Shown: piece after piece, positions 46,149 to 56,598 of the stretch
How the letters are laid out: the number at the start of each line of letters is the position of its first letter
Numbering within the stretch: position 1 is the stretch's first letter
Virus record (IMG/VR): IMGVR_UViG_3300044513_001810
Span: 1-59,185 of that record
Strand: one strand, 5' to 3'
Origin: a virus
Lineage: Duplodnaviria > Caudoviricetes
Length of the DNA stretch: 59,185 bases
The notes under the pieces: generated by a model
What the model saw: only the letters and a program-made list of their open reading frames with translations
The model's database searches: none
What the model was told of the DNA's origin: nothing
Made by a program: the position numbers and the translations under genes

Positions 46149-47522
46149 TTAGGCAGTGTACATGTCCATAGCAATGAACTGCTCAACACCCAACACTTCA
46201 AGTCCTTGTACAGACTCGTAGTGGCACTCAAGAACTGAACGCTCGTCAGTTGGAGTAGGCGCAAGACCACCCAACATGATTTCACGATACTTGAGGTCAG
46301 TACCGTTACCAGCCATGTAACGAACACGCATGCGGTCCAAAGACTCACCAGAGCCAGCGGCTTTGATTTTGTCGTTAGGAACAAAGTATGCGAAGTTCTC
46401 AAGACCAGCAGAGCCAGTGAAGTTAACCACTTGCTTGTGGTCAATCATAGGCAAGTACTTCTTCATGTAAGTACGACCGTAAAGTTTGAACTTATCAATG
46501 CCCAAGTCCAATTGCTTACCGCTAACATCAAAACGCGCACCAGTAAAACCAGCAGTCGTCAAGTTGTTAAGCATGTTGTCAATCTGAACTTCACCTTCAG
46601 TTCCAGTGAATAGCAAGTATTCTTGTGGAGCGCGAAGTTGGTTCAAAGTCTTGGTCAAAGATGCCCAGTCACTCACGCCCAACGCAGCAGAGTTAGTAAC
46701 CTTGCGGCCAGAACTGCTAACGATGCTGTGGTGCAAACCTTGAGTAGTTTGTACTGGGTTTCCTTCAGCGTCTTGTACATCTCCGTAAGAAGCATCAGTG
46801 AACTTGTCATCAGACTTCTGACCATACATCATTGCAAAAGCAATGTCTGAACGGAAACGAGTCAATGCTTCGTGCTGACCTTTCAAGAAGTAGTAAGGTT
46901 GACCTTTGAACTCAAACTCAATCTTTGAAGCGTTTTGAATGTCAGTGATGACATACTTCTCTTTAAAGATTTGAACTTGGTTTGATTGCTTGGTAGGAGC
47001 CAACTTACGAGCAGAAGGTGATTTAGAACCTTCACCAGCAGCGTTAGAAAAAGCAACTACTTTAGCACCGTCAAGGTCAGTAGCAGAAGAATACAAATCA
47101 GAACCTACGCTCTTGATTTCCAAGTTTGCACCGCTAATATCCTTAACATAACCAACATTCCCATTAGGGAACATCAACAAATCGCCCTTACGAACCTCTT
47201 CAGTAGAAGGAGCAGAAGCAAGTGCAAGCGTGAATACGCGTTTAGCAGTACCGCCAGAAGCAGTACCAATGCTACCCTCTACAGTTACAGAAGAAGAAGA
47301 AGCAGCAGTTACTGCGCCTTCGTACAATTCGCTGTTCACAAAAGTGTGATATTCGGGTACAGCAGTTTCAACACTGCGACCCATCAATTCCATTACATCC
47401 AAGAACGAGTAGTCCTCGTTAGTAACATTCAATAAGCGGTTCAAGATTTCACGCTGGTCCAAGAAAGACACAGACGAAACATAACTCTTGTTTACCGCGT
47501 TAAGACCTCCAAATGCAGCCAT
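46149..47522 (-). CDS. Major capsid protein
   Basis: 457 aa; follows portal and scaffold; SNQVQIFKEKYVIT, TTQGL; terminator downstream. Confidence 0.85.
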   Translation of the reverse strand: MAAFGGLNAVNKSYVSSVSFLDQREILNRLLNVTNEDYSFLDVMELMGRSVETAVPEYHTFVNSELYEGAVTAASSSSVTVEGSIGTASGGTAKRVFTLALASAPSTEEVRKGDLLMFPNGNVGYVKDISGANLEIKSVGSDLYSSATDLDGAKVVAFSNAAGEGSKSPSARKLAPTKQSNQVQIFKEKYVITDIQNASKIEFEFKGQPYYFLKGQHEALTRFRSDIAFAMMYGQKSDDKFTDASYGDVQDAEGNPVQTTQGLHHSIVSSSGRKVTNSAALGVSDWASLTKTLNQLRAPQEYLLFTGTEGEVQIDNMLNNLTTAGFTGARFDVSGKQLDLGIDKFKLYGRTYMKKYLPMIDHKQVVNFTGSAGLENFAYFVPNDKIKAAGSGESLDRMRVRYMAGNGTDLKYREIMLGGLAPTPTDERSVLECHYESVQGLEVLGVEQFIAMDMYTA

Positions 47523-47557
47523 TTTTAATCGGTTTTAGCCTTTCGGCAAGTTAATGA

Positions 47558-48730
47558 TTATCTTCCCAAAGCATTCAACGCGGCTCGCAAGAAGTCTTCA
47601 TTACTGTCGCCAGTTGAAGACGATGAACCTCGTTGTGGTCGGGAAGGATTTTTAATTTCCTTTACCACCTCTTTGCCGCCCAGAGTCTTGCCGTGGTTAA
47701 TAAGACTACGCTCAAATAGACCGGGATTTGAAGCATAGTTCAAAACACGATACCAGCGGTCATAATCAACCTGGCCATCCTCCGTTTGGAAGAGTTGGAA
47801 AAATTTTGTGTTGTCAATTGTCATCTCAACAACTGCGTCCGTATTGTCAACCTCATATGCAAAAGGTTCGCCGTTATAATTGATAACCACTCTCTGCTTA
47901 TCAACCAACTCCTTTGTTGTAGGATGGCCTTGTACACTCTGCGTCCACTGTTGACGGGCTTGTTCAGCCTCGGCTTGAGTTTGTGCAGAATTGTCCTCTC
48001 GCTGTGGAATTGCGAACTTTGACTGGTCTTCAATGAGGGACTGACGCTTGCGTGACGCTTCCGACTTCAGAAGTTCCTTGCCAAGTTCAATCTCATCTTC
48101 ACCATATCGGTTCTCATCCAACTGGTATTTTTGGATGACCTCACGGTCAAATAAACGCTCAAAGTTCTTGTCCGACATTTCCGAGTATTGTTTTCTCATG
48201 TCGTATCTCACGACATCAAGGTCACTCATCGTAGTGTAGTCAACACTTTTTGCTTCTAAATACGGGGCGACATCTCCCGTAGCCTTATAATAATCAATGA
48301 ATCCTTGTAAGAAATCATCGTATTCTTCAGTAGGCTGGCTGTTGGTTGTTTGGTTTTGAGCAAGTTGTGCTTTAAGTTCTTGCACCTGGTCATACAAGAG
48401 GTCGTGTGCATCAATTAATTCGTCAGCACTACTGTAAGTATTTTGAGTGTACTGCCCAATAAAATCGGATGCAGACTGCATCTCCTCTTGCGAAAAGCCA
48501 TTATGGGCATTTGCATCCCATGACTCCTCTTCATCCGAACCGTTAACTTCATGAGCGACTTCAGAATCACTAATGTCCGCATCATCGTTAAAAGACTCTT
48601 CTGTAGTTTCTTGAGCAGAGTCTTGTGGTTGTTCTTCATTCACAGTGGGGGCTTGGTCCTCTGTACTGGGACTGATTTCAGCCAGGGGTTCGCCCCCTAC
48701 TGTGATGTCAGATAAATTCATTTCTTCCAT
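47558..48730 (-). CDS. Scaffolding protein
   Basis: Highly acidic N-terminus; lies between portal and capsid. Confidence 0.75.
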   Translation of the reverse strand: MEEMNLSDITVGGEPLAEISPSTEDQAPTVNEEQPQDSAQETTEESFNDDADISDSEVAHEVNGSDEEESWDANAHNGFSQEEMQSASDFIGQYTQNTYSSADELIDAHDLLYDQVQELKAQLAQNQTTNSQPTEEYDDFLQGFIDYYKATGDVAPYLEAKSVDYTTMSDLDVVRYDMRKQYSEMSDKNFERLFDREVIQKYQLDENRYGEDEIELGKELLKSEASRKRQSLIEDQSKFAIPQREDNSAQTQAEAEQARQQWTQSVQGHPTTKELVDKQRVVINYNGEPFAYEVDNTDAVVEMTIDNTKFFQLFQTEDGQVDYDRWYRVLNYASNPGLFERSLINHGKTLGGKEVVKEIKNPSRPQRGSSSSTGDSNEDFLRAALNALGR

Positions 48731-48759
48731 AATTGTTCGTGGTTGTTGTGTTGGCTAAA

Positions 48760-51123
48760 TTATTGTACCATATTGGCATCTTGTACATTTTGAGGGGTAG
48801 GTTGTTGGCCTTGCGGCGGTGCAGCACCTTCTTGTGCGGCGGCCATCTGCTGTTGTAGCATATCCTCTCTACTCATTTGAACACCTTGTTGTGCGCCCAT
48901 AGCAGAGTATTTTGAGGATAACTCAAGTTCTTTCAACTTCATGTCGTACTCAAACTTCTGTTGTGCTAACTTACTGCTTACCTCACCTTTAACTTGCTCC
49001 AGTTGAGCCTTGGCTTGTGCTTCTAATTCAACAGTTTTTTGCTTGGCTTGTTCTGCCGCCATCGCAGACTGCTGCTGAACCTGGGCGTTCATTTGTTGCT
49101 GGCGCATAGCCTTGACTTCTAACTCCTCCTTTCGGCGGCGTATCTTATATGCCAAGATTTGCTGGGCAACTTTTAGGTTATCTGTATTCTCAATCAAGAT
49201 AGCATCTTCCATCTCAATCAAACCTTGCTGGAGATTTGCTTGCATAAATGCTAATAGTCGCGCACGGGACTCGTCATCCGGCTTATCTTCTAATCGCATG
49301 CCAAACTCATAATTTGACAAGTCACCGCTGGTACTAAAGAACTCCATAGTTCCAGAGCCAAGTGCTTTTAGATAACCCTCAATCTTACCTCCCTTTTGAA
49401 TAACATCTTGAACACGAAGAACAATAGAGCGACATAACTTCTCAAGAAGATTACGCTCTGCATCGTGAATGTTACCAAGAGAGTTGTTTGTGCTTTCCGC
49501 TGCAAGTTTTGCCGTTGTTGTAAGCGCACGAGCATCCGGAGTGCTACCATCAGTAAATTCATTAAGACCCGTGATGTCACGAATCATCTGGATGTTTTGC
49601 TGTATGATAGAAAAGTATGAAGACACATCCGAACCGATACCGTTCTGTAGTTCCTCAATTGGACGATAGTTGGTCGGACGACCTTGAATATCAACCTTGC
49701 GGTAGACTAACACACCCTTTTTGTTAAACAAATCAATAACCTCCATTGGTGTTAATTGATTTCCGTTAGCCCCCAACGGGATGTCCTCCAAAGCACCCAT
49801 CTCAATCATGATGCCCTTTGGACGAGCCTCCGCAATGGCTTGCTGTAGTCGGTAGTATGCAATCTGAATATTATCCGCGATAGGAATCAATTGCTCCATA
49901 ATACCAAGACAGCGCATGTTGTGGAAGTCTGGAGAATACAAGTGGTACGACATCTCTGTTTCCATCAATCGCCCCATCTCTCGCTTCATGTCTGTAGCCA
50001 AGCCATAATCAAACATGTAGTTAGTACCTACAATCCACTTCGCACAATACACAACCTTATACTCGGTCTTATCATAACTGTTTTTACCGCGCTCCTTGTA
50101 GTCGTCACCAACCTTTTTGTACACCATATTTCCACGGCGGTCTGTACGGCGTTCGTGCTTCATGGTGTTGGTAGAGTAAAACTCAATGTCCATCACCTGG
50201 ATTTTATTGTCATCGTAAGCACGGCTGTATGGAGTATTGATAGGCATGGCAGATGTACCTTGACCAGATAGTCCGCGCGATTTGCTTCCTATTTCCTCAT
50301 ATGCCGTTTCAGCCAACTGGTTACCAGCCATTGCTTTGATGTCAGAAACTGTCAACTCAAGAATCTCGCCAACATGCTGCTTATCAGCAAAGTCATTTTT
50401 CTCACATGCGCTGATAATCACTTGTGCCGGATTGACTCGGCGTACACGAACGGCGTTATTACTGTCAATGTACTCTTTAATGATTCCAACGCCATCGTCA
50501 AATAAGTCTTCTAATATCCTACGGCGCACCTCGGCCCAGTCGTTTTGGTACAACACCAAGTCAATGGCTTGCTCCATTTCAATAGATGCCTGGTGCTTAT
50601 AGGTGTAGCGCGCTTGCATTTCAAGTTCCTCTAAATCTTGAGGCTCGTCTGGACGCTTACCCAAACCAAACAAATTAGGCAAATCCGGGTCTTCTTTTGC
50701 AAGACCGTTTCGTAGATACAAGCGTTCCTTTAGCGTCTTAAAGTAATTGTCTTTGTCGTCACGGGCCAAAGCGTCAATAGGAGTGGCTACAATATTATAG
50801 TCGGACTTCGCAAGTTTATTCAGCGCAATGCGGCGGAACTTGGGAATGATAGGGAGTACCGACCAGTCAATGTTTAGCCAACTTTCATTGTCATCACTGG
50901 TAACGCCAAGTACTGGCTTATATTTGTTGATGGGCTGATTGCCCATTGCATATTCTTTTGTTCGGTGGTGCTTCCATCGTGCTTGGTAAAAACTCTGTGC
51001 GTTAATACCATTATACTCGTGCCATGCGGCTTTACAGTATTGTAGAATCCAATCTCTACCCTTCTCATCATTAGATACAAGGTGAGATGGATAGTTATTT
51101 GGACCGTGACTTTTATAACTCAT
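48760..51123 (-). CDS. Portal protein
   Basis: YAMGNQPINKYK...WLNIDW..LPIIPKF; QMIRDITGLNE..DGS.P; Q-rich tail. Confidence 0.9.
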   Translation of the reverse strand: MSYKSHGPNNYPSHLVSNDEKGRDWILQYCKAAWHEYNGINAQSFYQARWKHHRTKEYAMGNQPINKYKPVLGVTSDDNESWLNIDWSVLPIIPKFRRIALNKLAKSDYNIVATPIDALARDDKDNYFKTLKERLYLRNGLAKEDPDLPNLFGLGKRPDEPQDLEELEMQARYTYKHQASIEMEQAIDLVLYQNDWAEVRRRILEDLFDDGVGIIKEYIDSNNAVRVRRVNPAQVIISACEKNDFADKQHVGEILELTVSDIKAMAGNQLAETAYEEIGSKSRGLSGQGTSAMPINTPYSRAYDDNKIQVMDIEFYSTNTMKHERRTDRRGNMVYKKVGDDYKERGKNSYDKTEYKVVYCAKWIVGTNYMFDYGLATDMKREMGRLMETEMSYHLYSPDFHNMRCLGIMEQLIPIADNIQIAYYRLQQAIAEARPKGIMIEMGALEDIPLGANGNQLTPMEVIDLFNKKGVLVYRKVDIQGRPTNYRPIEELQNGIGSDVSSYFSIIQQNIQMIRDITGLNEFTDGSTPDARALTTTAKLAAESTNNSLGNIHDAERNLLEKLCRSIVLRVQDVIQKGGKIEGYLKALGSGTMEFFSTSGDLSNYEFGMRLEDKPDDESRARLLAFMQANLQQGLIEMEDAILIENTDNLKVAQQILAYKIRRRKEELEVKAMRQQQMNAQVQQQSAMAAEQAKQKTVELEAQAKAQLEQVKGEVSSKLAQQKFEYDMKLKELELSSKYSAMGAQQGVQMSREDMLQQQMAAAQEGAAPPQGQQPTPQNVQDANMVQ

Positions 51124-53126
51124 CCTATCTTGTGTTTCCTAAACATAGACCCAACATCTATAAGTTTTGATTTCCGTATAACAGCATCCTTCAATAACCC
51201 CCTATCGGCAATCAAAGTGTACCCGGCTGCCATGGCCGCATCAAACTTGGTCGTGTTGTTAATGTCAAAATTAAGCCAATCCTCCAGCAACTCCTTAAAA
51301 ATAACCCTATCAATATGATTGACAATGTAATCTTCTGTAACTTCTGCAATTTGCTGGTGTGTTTTTTGGCTACCAGAGATACCCGGTTTACTTGCGCCGG
51401 GCAGATACATTAAGAATTGACCGTATCCTCGCTCCTCAAAATAATGCTGTATACCAATCTTATTGTCCTCAAATAACATTTGACAACCATAATACACGCA
51501 CATCTTGAGCATGTCTTCATAAAATATTTTTGCCGTTGGTGGGCGGTAGATGTATTGACAAATAAAAGCGTTGTTTTGGTTTGGGGATGTTGCATCGTAT
51601 TTAGCAAATACATATGCCGCGCCATCAGACCGGCGGTAGTCCACCGTAATGTTGTGGTCAAACGGGTCACATCCAGCAATGAACTTTAGCATGTTCAGAG
51701 GAAACTTTTTGCTTGCCTTGGTTTCTACCTTGTTGCTATCTTCCTCATTATCAAACACATAACTCACGCTAAACTTCCCATTCGCCCTGGGGACGAACTT
51801 CACCTTGCCATCTCGCTCACCACCCTCCCATTCAAAGTTTCCGGTGGTGACCAGGTTATCTTGCCAAGACACATAGTCCAGCCTATCGTTAAGTTTAACA
51901 GCATCATACAGACAGCGGTCGGCATCAATTCTAAATGCCTCTTCCGGTGTCATTGGAAACTTTCTTATGAAACTTGATAGTTGACGCTGGTCACTTCGTA
52001 AGGCTTCCCGTTCATTGAGTAAGTACATTGTGGCTGACTCCACATTACACTTCCCGTATTCGTTGTACTCCAAAGACTCTTGTGCTGGAGTGAAATATCT
52101 GTAGAGTCCACTTTTTGTTCTTCCATTCTGATTCTTTTTATTTTGGTCACTGTATTCCCACAGCATCCTATAAACATCCATCTGACCCTCAATCTCTTCT
52201 ACTGTTGAGGTGAGTAGTGCCTTACCAATAATCTTACCGTCTACATCCAGACAGAATTTATGAGCATCCCAACGGTCCATAATATCTACCTCAACCGTCT
52301 TAAAGACCTCGTCCTGGACAAAACGCTTCAGTTTATATCCATCGTAGGCGTATACATCTGATGATTTAAAATCAATTGTTGATTCAAGTTCCTGGCTACT
52401 AAACTCGTCCATCGCCTGGCGACCCTTCTTGACGGTCTTGAAGAATCTTAATTCGCTGGTAGGATTCACACCCTTTGCTGTATCAAACACCGGGCGGAAA
52501 AAATCTGGTAGTTTTCTAAACGGGCTTACTATGGCTTCACGGAACACCTTCTTTGCATCGGTATTCGTCTTGCTCTGAATACCACCATTGGACCGGCGCA
52601 TACGACTAATTCCCTCAAGTAAGAACGCGCCAGCCTTAAATGTCTTACCAGCACGGCGGCGCGTCACATTAAGCATGCCGTAGCAGTTGGGGTCTTCCAT
52701 ACAATACTGCAAGAAGTAGAACTCCTTGCGGTCCGGCTCGCGGTAGTTTGGTAAACCAATATCTATTTGGTAGTAGTTCAAGAAGTAATAGTGCAAGCCA
52801 GTTATATATGTAGGCTCACCGTTATTCATGAACCAAACACCATTCATCCTACGGCCCCACTCCCGGCGGCGGATAGTTTCAAGTTCTGGATTAAAATAAT
52901 CTGGGTCGTCTTGTTGACGCTGTATCTCTGCACGGCGTTTCTTTTCCCAGTCTATAGGTAATTCAATAGCCTCCCAGTACTGGTCTTTTTTTCGCGCCGA
53001 ACGCTGTATAATCTCAACCTCTTCCATTTCGTTTGAGAAGTGATTGAACACATAGCCGACCGGAGGTATCCAGCAGTCTAACGCTTGTACGGTTTCCTTT
53101 TTATATCCCTTTAACTTCTTATACAT
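51120..53126 (-). CDS. terL: Terminase large subunit
   Basis: YITGLHY, RRRAGKT Walker A, FVQDE Walker B, GCDPFD nuclease, TKFDA. Confidence 0.92.
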   Translation of the reverse strand: MYKKLKGYKKETVQALDCWIPPVGYVFNHFSNEMEEVEIIQRSARKKDQYWEAIELPIDWEKKRRAEIQRQQDDPDYFNPELETIRRREWGRRMNGVWFMNNGEPTYITGLHYYFLNYYQIDIGLPNYREPDRKEFYFLQYCMEDPNCYGMLNVTRRRAGKTFKAGAFLLEGISRMRRSNGGIQSKTNTDAKKVFREAIVSPFRKLPDFFRPVFDTAKGVNPTSELRFFKTVKKGRQAMDEFSSQELESTIDFKSSDVYAYDGYKLKRFVQDEVFKTVEVDIMDRWDAHKFCLDVDGKIIGKALLTSTVEEIEGQMDVYRMLWEYSDQNKKNQNGRTKSGLYRYFTPAQESLEYNEYGKCNVESATMYLLNEREALRSDQRQLSSFIRKFPMTPEEAFRIDADRCLYDAVKLNDRLDYVSWQDNLVTTGNFEWEGGERDGKVKFVPRANGKFSVSYVFDNEEDSNKVETKASKKFPLNMLKFIAGCDPFDHNITVDYRRSDGAAYVFAKYDATSPNQNNAFICQYIYRPPTAKIFYEDMLKMCVYYGCQMLFEDNKIGIQHYFEERGYGQFLMYLPGASKPGISGSQKTHQQIAEVTEDYIVNHIDRVIFKELLEDWLNFDINNTTKFDAAMAAGYTLIADRGLLKDAVIRKSKLIDVGSMFRKHKIG

Positions 53127-53724
53127 TCGCTAATGTTTCGGGGCTGATTGAGCCGCTGGCTGTGATTGTTTTTACCAAGTCCTCGTCACCGGCGTACATC
53201 TTTAAGTAGTACTTCTCAAGTCTTGCGTTGATGTTGTCAAGGTCTTCCATAATCTTCCCTTTGATTTGTAGTGCTTGCAGCAAATCCTTGTCCCGGTCTG
53301 CCTCCACATTACGCAACAACTTACGCTGGTACTCATAAAATGTTTCCTCATTTGATACTATCATAGACCAAACGCGGTTGTTTACGAAGCGTAGGAAGTC
53401 ATCTATTAGCACTATTACCCCTTTGTTTTTTAGCCCCATTAGTTCCGCCGCTTTATTTTTGGACTGTTCATTCTCCATGGAAAACCCAGCGAGAATGGCA
53501 GACTGTTCTTTCCTTCTTTGCATGTCTGGAAAAAACTCTTTAAGGGGAGAGTTGGGGTCGTAGAGGTAACAGATATACTTGATTACCTTTTCCTTATCCG
53601 GGTCTTTGTAGTTTACAAAAGACTCAATAAGCGACAGCCTCGGCACTTTTTTAACGAGGTCGCCCTTGACATTGTGGATAGGAAAGGTTAATACATTAAA
53701 ATCTGAATCTGTAAAAAGTTTCAT
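53119..53724 (-). CDS. Hypothetical protein, candidate terminase small subunit
   Basis: Immediately upstream of terL; start moved to MKLFTDSDF. Confidence 0.55.
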   Translation of the reverse strand: MKLFTDSDFNVLTFPIHNVKGDLVKKVPRLSLIESFVNYKDPDKEKVIKYICYLYDPNSPLKEFFPDMQRRKEQSAILAGFSMENEQSKNKAAELMGLKNKGVIVLIDDFLRFVNNRVWSMIVSNEETFYEYQRKLLRNVEADRDKDLLQALQIKGKIMEDLDNINARLEKYYLKMYAGDEDLVKTITASGSISPETLANV

Positions 53725-53737
53725 AGTTGGTGGTTGT

Positions 53738-54025
53738 ATGGCAAATGTAGAGCGTCTACCAAGTGGTAAGTTAAAATATCGCGGTGAATTGTTTCCGGGA
53801 TATAACAAACCTAAACGCGCGCCAAAAGGTAGTAAAAAGAAATATAGGGTACTTGCTAAACAAGGTGACAAAGTTCGCATTGTAGAGTTTGGTGCGCGTG
53901 GATATTCTGACTTCCTCCAGCACAAAGACAGCAAACGAAGAGCAAACTTCAAAGCCCGTCATAATTGTTCCACTGCAAAAAATAAATTAACCGCTCGTTA
54001 TTGGGCTTGTAATTACAATTGGTAA
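53738..54025 (+). CDS. Basic conserved viral protein (DUF5754-like)
   Basis: FGARGYSDF...RRANFKARH...TARYWA...W. Confidence 0.65.
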   Translation: MANVERLPSGKLKYRGELFPGYNKPKRAPKGSKKKYRVLAKQGDKVRIVEFGARGYSDFLQHKDSKRRANFKARHNCSTAKNKLTARYWACNYNW

Positions 54026-54310
54026 ATGTCTACACCTAAAGAAATATCAGAAGACACAGTAGTAGGTCTATCTTTAAAGACCATCTATATTATTATTGGC
54101 GCAACGATAGTGCTTGCATTGGGTTATTTCAAATTAGAGGCTGGTATTGCAGAAGCAAAACTCTTGCCAGAACCAGTGATTAGCCGCACGGAATATGACC
54201 TCAAAGACGAGTTAGTACGGGAAACCATCATGAACACCCAAGAAGATGTAGAAGATATAAAGTTACAACTCAATAAGATTGAGGATAGGCTTTTTGAATC
54301 AACCCGTTAA
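54026..54310 (+). CDS. Membrane protein with coiled coil
   Basis: One TM segment, then SRTEYDLKD...L.KIEDRL. Confidence 0.7.
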   Translation: MSTPKEISEDTVVGLSLKTIYIIIGATIVLALGYFKLEAGIAEAKLLPEPVISRTEYDLKDELVRETIMNTQEDVEDIKLQLNKIEDRLFESTR

Positions 54311-54312
54311 TC

Positions 54313-54663
54313 ATGAAAAAAACTGTTTGGATATTAGCATTTACATTACTTACGGCGTTTCGCGCAGATGATGGAATAACAATAAAAGGGGTGGTGTTAG
54401 TTCACTACAATGCCTCCTTTAATCAATCAAACAACTATACAGATATAGTTAGGATTAAAGACGCTAAAGTCATGAAGTCCTGGATTGACGAACACCCAGA
54501 AATTAAATCTAATGAGCGTATTCGCTCGGTCCCTACACTCATACTATATAAAGACGGCAGAGAGGTTCATCGCTGGGAGGCCGGAATAAGTTTAGAACTG
54601 ACCGTCCCTTATATTCAAGTTCAAAGAGAAATTGACAAGTTAACCGGGGCAAATAAGTTTTAA
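54313..54663 (+). CDS. Exported thioredoxin-fold protein lacking CxxC
   Basis: Signal peptide; VLVHYNASFN in place of WCxxC; IRSVPTLILYKDGREV. Confidence 0.7.
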   Translation: MKKTVWILAFTLLTAFRADDGITIKGVVLVHYNASFNQSNNYTDIVRIKDAKVMKSWIDEHPEIKSNERIRSVPTLILYKDGREVHRWEAGISLELTVPYIQVQREIDKLTGANKF

Positions 54664-54665
54664 TT

Positions 54666-55784
54666 ATGAAAAAATTCATCACATTCGCCACTATACTTAT
54701 CAGTGTAAGTCTGCATGGACAAGGTTTTGTAGGAAACTTTTTTAAGTATAGCACACTGTACACGAGTGCAATGGCTTCTTCGCCAATGCAAGCGCAAACC
54801 GAATACTTTGTAACACAATCTGGTGACCTCGTGGATGTTACAGTTCACAACCCATACGATTACCGAACCACTATTGGGCTTCGCCGGGTTGCGAGGTTTG
54901 ACTACGAAAACCGTCAAAACAGATTTTATGATGGACACAACCAGTCTACAACCGCGCTGTCCGCAACAGTGGGTGCTGTTACCGGGTTTGAATATTTAGC
55001 ACAATATGACAAGGGCCGACAGCAAGGCAATGACTATATATCACAGCGTTATTTTTTAAGATACCTTGGAAAGTATTGGCTTGTAAAAGGCGAGTACTAC
55101 CAGCAAGGGCTTGTTAATCTTGACTATGCACAAGTTGAGGCGAGACTAAAACTCCCTTTAGGCAAAATTAATTTGTCAGCCGGTACGGCATTCCGACAAC
55201 ACAATGCCTATGGATACAATCCTATTAATGAGTATTTAAAGAATAAAGCGTGGTGGGACTTGGCTTACGAATACGGTTATGAGGATAGCCCTTACGGTAT
55301 TGACCATGATTTAGACGGCGAGATAGACACCTATGATTGGTGGTGGTATTACGATGGGGAGCAAGTAGCCGATACAGACGAAGATTTCAGAAAATACATT
55401 TACGGCAACATTGTTAATGATTATAATAAAACGGCCCTTGACTCTGTAGGTTTACTTGGTAGTATGTCTGTCATAGTCGGATTAGATTTTTACCATTACT
55501 CTGAAGACTTTTGGATGCATGCCTGGGGTAATGTTTTACCGTGGCACAAACACATATTAGGACCACACGAATATTCTTATAAAAACTTTTTAGAGCATCA
55601 ATGTGGGCCAGAATGCATGGAGAATATGCACAGAGGGGTACAGTGGATAGATTACAGTTTGGGTGCTGTAATGGGCTATAAGGCCGGTGTACACTGGGGC
55701 GTTTTTGCTGAAGCCGAATACATGAGGTATTGGGACAGAAATGTTTATCTTGTAACGGCTGGAATTAATTATCAATTTAGGTAA
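54666..55784 (+). CDS. Putative outer-membrane beta-barrel protein
   Basis: Signal peptide, aromatic alternating strands, C-terminal AGINYQF. Confidence 0.6.
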   Translation: MKKFITFATILISVSLHGQGFVGNFFKYSTLYTSAMASSPMQAQTEYFVTQSGDLVDVTVHNPYDYRTTIGLRRVARFDYENRQNRFYDGHNQSTTALSATVGAVTGFEYLAQYDKGRQQGNDYISQRYFLRYLGKYWLVKGEYYQQGLVNLDYAQVEARLKLPLGKINLSAGTAFRQHNAYGYNPINEYLKNKAWWDLAYEYGYEDSPYGIDHDLDGEIDTYDWWWYYDGEQVADTDEDFRKYIYGNIVNDYNKTALDSVGLLGSMSVIVGLDFYHYSEDFWMHAWGNVLPWHKHILGPHEYSYKNFLEHQCGPECMENMHRGVQWIDYSLGAVMGYKAGVHWGVFAEAEYMRYWDRNVYLVTAGINYQFR

Positions 55785-55912
55785 TGGCTAAACTGCAAAA
55801 CACAACCTCGTACAAAAGCAACAGCAAAAAGCGAGGCACACACTCCAAGTCACAGAGTAATAACAAATCCTCTAAAAACTACACAAAGAAGTATAGAGGG
55901 CAAGGACGATAA
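55784..55912 (+). CDS. Small basic protein ending KKYRGQGR (42 aa)
   Basis: Hand-translated; this C-terminus is common in phage small basic proteins. Confidence 0.7.
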   Translation: MAKLQNTTSYKSNSKKRGTHSKSQSNNKSSKNYTKKYRGQGR

Positions 55913-55914
55913 TT

Positions 55915-56589
55915 ATGGCTCACGAATTTTTAAAAGACATTGTACAAGTGCCGCTTTCGGATAACGAGTATGTAAAAACCGCTACCCCGAAACGACAAGT
56001 ATACCTACACCACACCGCTGGTAACGCAAGCGGTGTTAATGTTTTTAAAGCATGGAACCGAGATAGCCGTGGGCGTATTGCTACATGTGTATGCGTTGCA
56101 AACACGGGGGCTAAAGAAGGTGACGGTGTAATCTCTCAAGGGTTTAGCAGCAAGTATTGGGCTTATCACCTGGGTGTCAAGGCGTTGGTTTTTGAAGCAT
56201 ACGATGTACCCTACCAGCGATTAGACAAGATTTCCATAGGTATAGAGATTTGCGCGTGGGGTCAGTTAACAGAAAAGGATGGCAAGTTTTACAACTATGT
56301 CAACCGCACCGTTCCAGCAGAAGAGGTTTGCACACTTGACGAGCCGTACAAAGGATACAGACACTTCCACCGATATTCAGACGAACAAATCCGAAGCGTA
56401 GAAAAACTACTTCGCTATTGGAATGAGATATATGATATTCCCATGGACTACAACGAAGAGGACATGTGGGATGTTTCACTAAAGGCACTTTCTGGCGAAC
56501 CAGGATTATACACACATAATTCTGTTCGTAAAGATAAAATTGATATCTTTCCACAGCCAGAAATGATTGAAATGTTAAAAGGACTATAA
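55915..56589 (+). CDS. N-acetylmuramoyl-L-alanine amidase (endolysin)
   Basis: YLHHTAG, WAYHLG, SIGIEI, THNSVRKDK.D Amidase_2 motifs. Confidence 0.88.
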   Translation: MAHEFLKDIVQVPLSDNEYVKTATPKRQVYLHHTAGNASGVNVFKAWNRDSRGRIATCVCVANTGAKEGDGVISQGFSSKYWAYHLGVKALVFEAYDVPYQRLDKISIGIEICAWGQLTEKDGKFYNYVNRTVPAEEVCTLDEPYKGYRHFHRYSDEQIRSVEKLLRYWNEIYDIPMDYNEEDMWDVSLKALSGEPGLYTHNSVRKDKIDIFPQPEMIEMLKGL

Positions 56590-56598
56590 ACAACCACT

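Noticed and set aside
53725-53952. N-terminal extension of the 53119-53952 ORF
   Set aside because: It is antisense to the conserved 53738-54025 gene; the ATG at 53724 is more plausible.
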